From Promethearchaeota archaeon (lineage in GTDB: Archaea > Asgardarchaeota > Lokiarchaeia > Sigyniarchaeales > SOKP01): 35,001 bases of DNA. The notes under the pieces are model-generated. The model saw only the letters and a program-made list of their open reading frames with translations. It was not told where the DNA came from and made no database searches. The stretch lies in contig JBHLOC010000048.1 in assembly GCA_048940925.1 (NCBI GenBank), positions 1 to 35,001 on the forward strand. Direction: 5' to 3'. Of the stretch, positions 27,409-35,001 are shown piece after piece; position 1 is the stretch's first letter; the number at the start of each line of letters is the position of its first letter. The translations under genes were made by a program, and so were the position numbers.

Positions 27409-29445
27409 ATGATTGATAAAGGAAAATCTGAAGAATATTTATATACAAAAAAACTGATTGAAGAGGGCAAGCATGAGGAGGCTATTCGACTAATTGATAC
27501 ATTTATGGAAAAAGGAGAGCAAACATCTTACGAAATTTTATTATATAACTTTCTAAAATGTAAGATATTATACCAGCAAGGCTTATTTGAAGATCTTTTT
27601 ACTCTCGCCCAACATACTTATAAAGAGAGTTTGGGATTAGGATATACTCTTTTATCTATTGATGCTTCACTTCGAATGGCTGAAGCCCTAATATGGCTCC
27701 ACGAACCAACTAAAGCTGAACGGTTAATTAAGCAAGGAAAGGATCTGCTGAAAATTCAAACACAAAGACATTCTTTAGAATACAAAATAAGAGAAGCTAA
27801 TATTTTTTATATTAAAGGATTGTTTTATGCATGGAACAAAAATGATGCGGATCAGGCTAGAGAGAACCTTGATAAGAGTATTAAATTATTTGAAAGCCTT
27901 GAAGAAAAGGCAGGGCTCACTAAATCCCTTATTATAAGTGCGATTGTATTTGGGACTTTAAAATCAGAACATGACCATGCCATAAAGTTATTAGAACAAT
28001 CGTTAGCGCTTTCTGAAGAATCTAACTATCAACACTCTAATGCTCATAGTCTTATATTATTGGGAGTAAACTATGAGTTTAAGGGCGATTTAGATCGTAG
28101 TATTAATCTTTATGAGCAAAGTCTAACCAAGTCTAAAGAACTCAACAATAAGTATTTTTTATCAAGTGTGTTTACCTATATAGGTACTGCGTATATTGAA
28201 AAATACGATTTGGGTAAGGCTTTGGAATATGCAAAACAGGGATTAGCTCTTGCTAAGGAAGTAAATCATAAAATGCGAATTGCAGAAAGTATTGGTGTTG
28301 TGGCAATGGCATATAGTATCAAAGGAGAAATTGATCAAAGTATTACTCTTTATGAGCAAGCTCTAAAATTCTGTAAGGAAATTGATTATAAATTCGGTAT
28401 AGCGGTTGCTTTCAACAATCTGTCGGGTTGTTATAGAATTATAGGAGATTTGGAAAGAGCACTCGAGTGTATAGAGTCAAGTATAGCAATTAACAATGAG
28501 TTGGGAAATTTATATAATGTAACTCATAATTACGATAATTTAATTGAAATATTAATAGATAAAGGTGAACTTGAACAAGCTCAGACATCTCTTGAACAAT
28601 TAAAACATATGAAGAATCAAATAAATGATAATTTTACTAATTTGTTATATCTATATGATAAGGCATTACTATTAAAAACCAGCTCTCAAATCGACGATAG
28701 AGGCAAATCTGAAGAAATATTAAAACAAATTCTTGCTGATGAGAATGTTAATTATGAACTTACTGTAAAAGTCCTTCTTAATTTATGCGAATTGCTCCAC
28801 ACTGAATTAGGTATTACTAATGACTTAAGCGTGTTAGATGAAATTAATTCATATACTGCCCAACTTTTAGATTTTGCTGAAAAGAGTAATTCTTTTATCT
28901 TATTGGCTGAAGTTTATTTTTTAAAAGCTAAATTGGCTTTATTGACTTTAGATATAAAAACTACTCGTCGATTTTTAACCCAAGCTCAACAAATTGCTGA
29001 AAGGTTTACCCTTAATCAATTGGCTGCTAAAATTGCACTTGAACACAAAAATTTGCTTGAAAAACGAAGTATGTGGGAAAACCTAAAAAAAAAAGATATA
29101 TCCTTAACAGAACGGATAAAATTAGCTGGATTAAACACACAAATGAAACAAATACTTCGTGAAAGCACCATATTATCTACCCAAACCACAAAAGAAGAAA
29201 TAAAAATTCTTAAAGAGCGGAAAAAGTGCCTAGTCTGTAAAGGTGAAGTACTAGGTTACAGCTTTATCTGCCAATGTGATGCTGTCTATTGTCAAAAATG
29301 TGCTCAAGCGTTAATTGACCTAGAAAATGTGTGTTGGGTATGTAATAATCCACTCGATATATCAAAACCTAGTAAACCTTACAAGGAAGAAAAAGGAAAA
29401 AAAAAAGAGAGAATAAAAAAATCTCTAAAAAGTAAAAGTAAATAA
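27409..29445 (+). CDS. TPR-repeat protein with C-terminal C4C4 RING-like zinc finger
   Basis: About 40-aa TPR-like repeats (LGVNYEFKGDLDRSINLYEQSL etc.); C-x2-C-x10-C-x-C-x4-C-x2-C-x10-C-x2-C; Lys-rich tail. Start at ATG 27409 or TTG 27379. Confidence 0.88.
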   Translation: MIDKGKSEEYLYTKKLIEEGKHEEAIRLIDTFMEKGEQTSYEILLYNFLKCKILYQQGLFEDLFTLAQHTYKESLGLGYTLLSIDASLRMAEALIWLHEPTKAERLIKQGKDLLKIQTQRHSLEYKIREANIFYIKGLFYAWNKNDADQARENLDKSIKLFESLEEKAGLTKSLIISAIVFGTLKSEHDHAIKLLEQSLALSEESNYQHSNAHSLILLGVNYEFKGDLDRSINLYEQSLTKSKELNNKYFLSSVFTYIGTAYIEKYDLGKALEYAKQGLALAKEVNHKMRIAESIGVVAMAYSIKGEIDQSITLYEQALKFCKEIDYKFGIAVAFNNLSGCYRIIGDLERALECIESSIAINNELGNLYNVTHNYDNLIEILIDKGELEQAQTSLEQLKHMKNQINDNFTNLLYLYDKALLLKTSSQIDDRGKSEEILKQILADENVNYELTVKVLLNLCELLHTELGITNDLSVLDEINSYTAQLLDFAEKSNSFILLAEVYFLKAKLALLTLDIKTTRRFLTQAQQIAERFTLNQLAAKIALEHKNLLEKRSMWENLKKKDISLTERIKLAGLNTQMKQILRESTILSTQTTKEEIKILKERKKCLVCKGEVLGYSFICQCDAVYCQKCAQALIDLENVCWVCNNPLDISKPSKPYKEEKGKKKERIKKSLKSKSK

Positions 29446-29683
29446 ACAAGAATAAAGTAGCATCTAATAACTGAAATCCACCTTTCCAAAGAAAACTTGA
29501 TTTAATCTTTGGTTTAATCTCTTTCTAATTAGAAATTATTACTATGAGTATAAGATAATGGATAAATAATTGATGAACTGATAAAATTAATTATTTTTGA
29601 TCTATGGAAGAATGAGAAGATAAACATTTAATAACGATTTAATTCAACTAATGTTTATTGTTAACTATATAAGATGAGTAATT

Positions 29684-30811
29684 ATGTTTTCAACACCTAA
29701 AAGAATTGGACGACTTAGTATTAAGAATAGATTTGTAAGATCAGCAACGTATGAGGGAATGGCTACCGAAAAAGGAGAGGTTACCAATAAGCATATTACA
29801 CTCTATAAAAAATTGGCAGAAGGAGGAGTAGGTTTAATAATAACTGGATATGCATATGTTCAGCAATCTGGAATGGCCTTTGACACACAATTAGGTGCCT
29901 ATAATGATGAATTAATACATGGTTTAAGTAAAATTGCTGATACTATACATACTTATGGTGATGATTGCAAAATTGCACTCCAATTAGTTCATTGCGGTCG
30001 ACAGTCGCGCCATTTAAAAAATAGGTTAGCACCATCTGCAATAATGGAGAAATTGACAAAAAACTTACCAAAAGAAATGTCTAAAACTGAAATCTCAGAG
30101 ACTGTTGAAGCATTTGCTCAAGCTGTTAGAAGAGCAAAAGAAGCCGGATTTGATGCAGTTCAGCTTCATGGAGCGCATGGATACTTAATAAGTGAATTCT
30201 TTTCCCCTTATACTAACGAACGAACAGACGAATATGGAGGTACTATTGATAATAGAACAAGATTTGTGGAAGAAATATACAAAAGGAGCATAGAATTAGT
30301 CGGTGAAGATTTTCCAATTTTAATAAAAATGAATGGTGCTGATTTCTTAGAGGGAGGATTAACTATCGAAGATTCCTCTAAGATTGCTAAAAAATTAGCT
30401 ATAATGGGGTTTAAGGCAATTGAAGTGAGCAGTGGTATGTGGGAGGTCGTTCTACGCAAAAAAAAGGATTTAGGCTGGAAACCCACTTTTATTCCTGAAA
30501 GTCGCATACTAATTGGATCAGTTAATGATCCCGCATATAATGTACCATTTGCTAAAGAAATTAAAAATGTGATAGATATTCCTGTTATAGTAGTGGGAGG
30601 AATTAATTCACTTGATCTTGTTGAACTAATACTGGAAGAAAAGAGTGCTGATTTTATTGCATTTTCAAGACCTTTAATTCGAGAACCAGATTTACCAAAA
30701 AGATGGTTAGAAGGTATTGGAGATCGAAACGTGGAATGTGAATTCTGTAATAGTTGTTTATCTAGTCTTGTGAGCACTGGACTCCGTTGTGTTAAAAAGG
30801 ATCGAAAATGA
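29684..30811 (+). CDS. NADH:flavin oxidoreductase (Old Yellow Enzyme family) with C-terminal Cys cluster
   Basis: IKNRFVRSAT, GGVGLIITG, QLVHCGRQ, AGFDAVQLHGAHGYL, NERTDEYGG, SRPLIREP, CEFCNSC...C. Confidence 0.93.
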   Translation: MFSTPKRIGRLSIKNRFVRSATYEGMATEKGEVTNKHITLYKKLAEGGVGLIITGYAYVQQSGMAFDTQLGAYNDELIHGLSKIADTIHTYGDDCKIALQLVHCGRQSRHLKNRLAPSAIMEKLTKNLPKEMSKTEISETVEAFAQAVRRAKEAGFDAVQLHGAHGYLISEFFSPYTNERTDEYGGTIDNRTRFVEEIYKRSIELVGEDFPILIKMNGADFLEGGLTIEDSSKIAKKLAIMGFKAIEVSSGMWEVVLRKKKDLGWKPTFIPESRILIGSVNDPAYNVPFAKEIKNVIDIPVIVVGGINSLDLVELILEEKSADFIAFSRPLIREPDLPKRWLEGIGDRNVECEFCNSCLSSLVSTGLRCVKKDRK

Positions 30812-30849
30812 TTTTATTATAATATATCTTTGAGATATAGGTAATTCAG

Positions 30850-31617
30850 ATGGGTAAATGGGAAGTTTTAGAAAAAAGTTTGAATAATTATCTAAGATTA
30901 TCTACTTTTCCAGTTGCTGTTAAATTAATAGAAGACTTAAAAGATCTTGAAAAAATAAAATTCTTAAAAAAACCTGAAAGTAAACTCGCGATATGCCAAC
31001 TTTTTAGTTATGCGAGATATTATGGGTGGACTATGGGTTGTTCTAAAGAAGACAATCTATGTCCACTTGCTGAAATTTCTCTAGGATTTGAAGAATCTTC
31101 CCGTCTATTCGAAGAAGGTGCATTTTTTATTGGAAGATATAATGAGACTAAGGAAGCAGCCAAGAAAACAACAGCGACTATGCCTAAAATTTCATTTGGA
31201 AAGTATAATGGTATTGTCTCAGGAGCATTGGGTCGAGTAGATTTTGATCCTGACTTAATTATTATTTGGGGAAATTCTGCACAAATCATGAGAATCATTC
31301 AGGGATACTTATGGAAAAGAGGTGGCAGAGTTTCGATGTCTACATTTTGCGATGGTGTGTGTGCAGACACCATTTCAAATGCAATATTAACAGGCGATCT
31401 ACAAATTGCTTTTCCTTGTCTTGGCGATCGTCGATTTGGAATGGCATTAGATACAGATTTAATAGCATCGATACCGATGGGTTTGGTGAATGAAATTTTA
31501 GAGGGATTGGAGAAGACTCATAAGGCTGGAACCCGATATCCAATACCATATCAAATTTCTACACCTGAATACTTTTTAAAACTGAAAAAACAATTAGATA
31601 AAGTCAAAAAGAATTAA
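30850..31617 (+). CDS. DUF169-family protein
   Basis: PVAVKL, CQ, CPLA..LG, DPDLIIIWGNSAQ, GVCAD, PCLGDRRFG. Lies 38 nt behind the OYE gene. Confidence 0.85.
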   Translation: MGKWEVLEKSLNNYLRLSTFPVAVKLIEDLKDLEKIKFLKKPESKLAICQLFSYARYYGWTMGCSKEDNLCPLAEISLGFEESSRLFEEGAFFIGRYNETKEAAKKTTATMPKISFGKYNGIVSGALGRVDFDPDLIIIWGNSAQIMRIIQGYLWKRGGRVSMSTFCDGVCADTISNAILTGDLQIAFPCLGDRRFGMALDTDLIASIPMGLVNEILEGLEKTHKAGTRYPIPYQISTPEYFLKLKKQLDKVKKN

Positions 31618-31829
31618 TTCTTCATATCAGATATAATTTAATTAGAAATTTGGGAATAGAAAATTTTTTACAAAATAATGTTACTCTATTTTAGTTGATA
31701 TTGATAATATAAAAAACATGACTATAATTGAAACAGGGATATATGATGGAATCAGGAAGATTTCTGATCCTTAGATAACTTTTTTCCAAGATAAAAGAAA
31801 ATAAAAATTTGTAATAATTAAAAAAATCA

Positions 31830-33557
31830 CTATTGAGATTTCATATCTTTAGCTATTTTAAGGAATTTATCTAAATTTTTTCTAATTTCTATTTTGTTAA
31901 ATTTTCCAACACTAGTTCTCGGTATTTCATCAACAATGGCTACGAGTTTAGGAAGCATCCATTTTGTTATCTTACCTTTATCAATGCCTTCTGCTTTGAG
32001 AAAATCAATTAAATCTTGTTCATTTTTATCAGAACCAGGAACAAGTTTCACTATAGCCATCGCTTTTTGTTCCCATATTTCATCTGGAACTCCTACAACT
32101 GTAGCCTCGAGCACGAAATCTGCCATAGCAGCCAGATTTTCAAGTAGTACAGTAGGAACCATTTCTGATCCGCTCCTAATGATATCCGACATCCTATCTG
32201 CAATGATTATAAAATCATCCTCATCAATTTTTGCCATATCCCCCGTATGAAACCATCCATCATACCATACCTCAGCAGTTTTTTCAGGATTTTTGTAGTA
32301 TTTTTCCATTACCCATGGACCACGAATCACTATCTCTCCAATAGTACTATTATCATGAGGAATTGGTTTTCTGTTTTCATCTACAACTTCTATATCAAGT
32401 CCTGGATAAGGTAAGCCTGTTTTTACTCTTACCTCATCTAATTTCTCTTTAGGCCAATCTCTCATATACTTTTTTATGAATGCTCCAATTGTTGTAGGAG
32501 CAGTTTCAGTCATTCCATATCCTGAACTTGCTGTAAATCCGGGTATTTTTTTCTCGATTTTAGTTTTTAATCCTAATGGTAGAGCTCCGCCACCTACACT
32601 AACACTGGCAAGACTACTTAAATCATATTTATCTAGATCTTTGTATTCGAGAAGTAAAGCTAATATAGTTGGAACCACTCCTACTGAGGTTACTTTCTCC
32701 GTTTGAACAAGTTCGCAGAAACCTTCAACTGTGAAAGTACCTGGTAGCACAATTCTTAATCCCATAAAAACGTAGAAGTATGGTGCTCCCCACCCATGAA
32801 TATGAAATAAAGGTGTAATTATCATAGGAATCGCATTTTCTCCTAGATAAACACGTGAAGGATCGTTTCTGAAAACGCCATAAGCTAACACGTGTATACA
32901 CAGCAAATAAATAGCTCTATGAGTGAACATTGCTCCTTTTGGGAGTCCTGTTGTTCCAGTAGTATAACAAAGTGTAGCATAATTATCCTCACTCAAATGA
33001 GGCCATTCATAATCATCAGATTCACCTTTAAGTAACTCTTCATACTCATAGAGATTTTCTATCTTAGTATCAGGCAATCCTGGTTTATCAGACATATAAA
33101 TGAACATTTTTATAGTGTCTTTTATCTTATCATAGATACCCTCAACGAGGGGAAGAAGCAAATCATCAAAAAATAATATTTTATCCTCCGCATGGTTTAT
33201 TGTAAAAACGATATGATCTGGTGAAAGCCTTACATTAATTGGATGTAGCATAGCCCCACTACAGGGTGCCGCATAGTAAATCTCCAAATGTCTATGGGTG
33301 TTAAGTGCCATAGTTGCGACTCTATCTCCAGGTTTTCCTGGTTCCCCAGGATTAATTTTTAAAGTTTTTAAAGCATTTGCCAGACGGCATGTACGTTTAT
33401 ACCATTCAATCCAAGTAAACCTAAAGTATTCACCAGTAACATGATTTCTATAAACAACACCAATCTCATTTGGATAAATCCTTACTGGCCTTTTCATAAA
33501 AGTGGTAAGGAGGAGTGGATAATGAGAGCTATATTCGGGAAAAGTTCTGTTTGCCAA
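31830..33557 (-). CDS. Fatty-acid-CoA ligase (AMP-forming, AlkK/ttLC-FACS-like)
   Basis: YTTGTTGLPKG, PLFHIHGWG, GYGMTET, GEIVIRGPW, WFHTGD, PRTSVGK. GGTGA 6 nt before TTG. Confidence 0.94.
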   Translation of the reverse strand: MANRTFPEYSSHYPLLLTTFMKRPVRIYPNEIGVVYRNHVTGEYFRFTWIEWYKRTCRLANALKTLKINPGEPGKPGDRVATMALNTHRHLEIYYAAPCSGAMLHPINVRLSPDHIVFTINHAEDKILFFDDLLLPLVEGIYDKIKDTIKMFIYMSDKPGLPDTKIENLYEYEELLKGESDDYEWPHLSEDNYATLCYTTGTTGLPKGAMFTHRAIYLLCIHVLAYGVFRNDPSRVYLGENAIPMIITPLFHIHGWGAPYFYVFMGLRIVLPGTFTVEGFCELVQTEKVTSVGVVPTILALLLEYKDLDKYDLSSLASVSVGGGALPLGLKTKIEKKIPGFTASSGYGMTETAPTTIGAFIKKYMRDWPKEKLDEVRVKTGLPYPGLDIEVVDENRKPIPHDNSTIGEIVIRGPWVMEKYYKNPEKTAEVWYDGWFHTGDMAKIDEDDFIIIADRMSDIIRSGSEMVPTVLLENLAAMADFVLEATVVGVPDEIWEQKAMAIVKLVPGSDKNEQDLIDFLKAEGIDKGKITKWMLPKLVAIVDEIPRTSVGKFNKIEIRKNLDKFLKIAKDMKSQ

Positions 33558-33614
33558 ATTTATTCACCAATTTTTAATTTTTTAGTCTTTATTTTATTAT
33601 GTATAATCTCAAGA

Positions 33615-33634
33615 TTTATGATTTAGATCATAAA
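33615..33634. promoter_or_regulatory. Inverted repeat TTTATGAT-TTAG-ATCATAAA upstream of the acyl-CoA ligase; candidate operator
   Basis: 8-4-8 inverted repeat about 60-80 nt upstream of the TTG start. Confidence 0.45.
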
Positions 33635-33773
33635 ATCATCATTATTTTTAATTTAATCGTTATAACTAAAATACTTTAATTAAATGATTACATTCTCAAA
33701 TCTTTAATATTTTCAAAAAAAAAAAGGATAATTATATTTTAAATCATAGAATGGAATTTAGAGATTTTCTAGA

Positions 33774-35001
33774 CTATTCTTGAACTTGAGTAATGGGTTT
33801 ATCACTTTTCATATCCTTAGCTATTGCTAGAAACTTATCTATATTTTTTCTAATTTCTATTTTATCAAATTTCCCTACACTAGTTCTCGGTATCGCATTA
33901 GTAATTGCTACAAGTTTAGGAAGCATCCATTTGGTGATTTTTCCCTTATCCACACCTTCAGTCTTGAGAAAATCAATTAAATCTTGTTCATTCTTATCAG
34001 AACCAGGAACAAGTTTTACTATAGCCATCGCTTTTTGCCCCCATACTTCATCTGGAACTCCCACAACAGTTGCTTCAAGCACAAAATCTGCCATTGCAGC
34101 TAAATTTTCGAGGAGTACAGTAGGAACCATTTCTGATCCGCTCCTAATGATATCTGACATCCTATCTACAATAATTATATAATCTTCTTCATCAATTTTA
34201 GCTACATCCCCTGTATGAAACCATCCATCATACCATACCTCAGCAGTCTTTTCAGGATTTTTATAGTATTTCTCCATTACCCAGGGACCACGAATCACTA
34301 TCTCTCCAATAGTACTATTATCATGAGGAATTGGTTTTCCTTTTTCATCTACAACTTCTATATCAAGTCCTAGAAGAGGTAGACCCGTTTTTACTCTTAC
34401 TTCATCTAATTTCTCTTTAGGCCAATCTGTCATATATTTTTTTATGAAAGCCGCAATAGTCGTAGGAGCTGTCTCAGTCATTCCATACCCCGAACCTGCT
34501 GTAATTTGTGGAAACTTTTTCTCGATCTTAGTCTTTAGTCCTAATGGTAAAGATCCCCCACCTACACCAACCATAGCAAGACTACTTAAATCATATTTGT
34601 CGATGTCTTTGTACTCAAGCAGCATAGCTAATATAGTTGGAACCACTCCTACTGAAGTTACCTTCTCTGTTTGAACGAGTTCACAGAAACCTTCAACTGT
34701 AAATGTTCCTGGTAATACAATGCGTAGTGCCATGAAAACAGAAGTGAAAGGTGCTCCCCAAGCATGAATATGATATAGGGGTGTAAGCATCATAGGAATC
34801 GCATTTTCTCCTAGATAAACCCGTGTTGGACTGTTGCTGAAAACGCCATAAGCTAGGGAGTGTATAATCAATAAATAAATAGCTCTATGAGTGAACATAG
34901 CCCCTTTTGGAAGACCGGTAGTAGCTGTTGTATAACATAAAGTTGCATAATTATCTTCACTCAAATGAGGCCATTCATATTCATCAGATTCCGCTTTAAT
35001 C
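33774..35001 (-). CDS. Fatty-acid-CoA ligase, tandem paralog (5' end outside window)
   Basis: Frame is open to the window edge (IKAESDEYEWPHLSEDNY) and closely similar to 31830-33557; P-loop reads YTTATTGLPKG. Confidence 0.93.
   Translation of the reverse strand, partial: IKAESDEYEWPHLSEDNYATLCYTTATTGLPKGAMFTHRAIYLLIIHSLAYGVFSNSPTRVYLGENAIPMMLTPLYHIHAWGAPFTSVFMALRIVLPGTFTVEGFCELVQTEKVTSVGVVPTILAMLLEYKDIDKYDLSSLAMVGVGGGSLPLGLKTKIEKKFPQITAGSGYGMTETAPTTIAAFIKKYMTDWPKEKLDEVRVKTGLPLLGLDIEVVDEKGKPIPHDNSTIGEIVIRGPWVMEKYYKNPEKTAEVWYDGWFHTGDVAKIDEEDYIIIVDRMSDIIRSGSEMVPTVLLENLAAMADFVLEATVVGVPDEVWGQKAMAIVKLVPGSDKNEQDLIDFLKTEGVDKGKITKWMLPKLVAITNAIPRTSVGKFDKIEIRKNIDKFLAIAKDMKSDKPITQVQE

Noticed and set aside
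30208-34674. Antisense and alternate-frame ORFs over the OYE, DUF169 and acyl-CoA ligase genes (and similar ones at 6779, 9295, 11933, 12788, 13755, 14583, 15534-16862, 19594, 20467-21495, 25066-25456, 26927)
   Set aside because: They overlap well-supported genes. Similarity between the two ligase shadows just mirrors the paralogy.
1-35001. tRNA, rRNA, CRISPR array, IS or provirus
   Set aside because: By eye I found no cloverleaf or GC-rich structural RNA, no regularly spaced repeats, and no transposase, integrase or capsid ORF. A covariance-model search was not possible.

Overview
This is an AT-rich archaeal chromosomal region, most likely from an Asgard archaeon (Lokiarchaeia/Promethearchaeota-like). 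That assignment is inferred from gene content: Alba, a histone, HerA-Mre11-Rad50, a Sec11-type signal peptidase, a TPR-C4C4 RING protein and NosD-type surface proteins. In order, the window holds: a herA-mre11-rad50 operon; an alpha3-truncated histone and alba; two tandem beta-helix surface proteins with near-identical C-terminal thirds; a small membrane protein, signal peptidase I, a Zn-ribbon protein, a DAG-kinase-family enzyme and a methyltransferase; a glutaminyl-cyclase-like M28 enzyme that appears to start at ATT; a GH3 glucosidase; a loose acyl-CoA metabolism neighbourhood (SDR, thiolase plus DUF35, two MFS transporters, MaoC, double hot-dog, OYE, two acyl-CoA ligases); an interrupted cobA/btuR-alkD pair; and a TPR-RING protein. 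The top observation is that cobA/btuR is broken inside its P-loop by a stop-containing hairpin insert. The insert folds as a near bulge-helix-bulge motif, and canonical cleavage would remove exactly 30 nt and restore GxGKGKTT, making it a candidate archaeal mRNA intron. I saw no rRNA, tRNA, CRISPR array or transposase.
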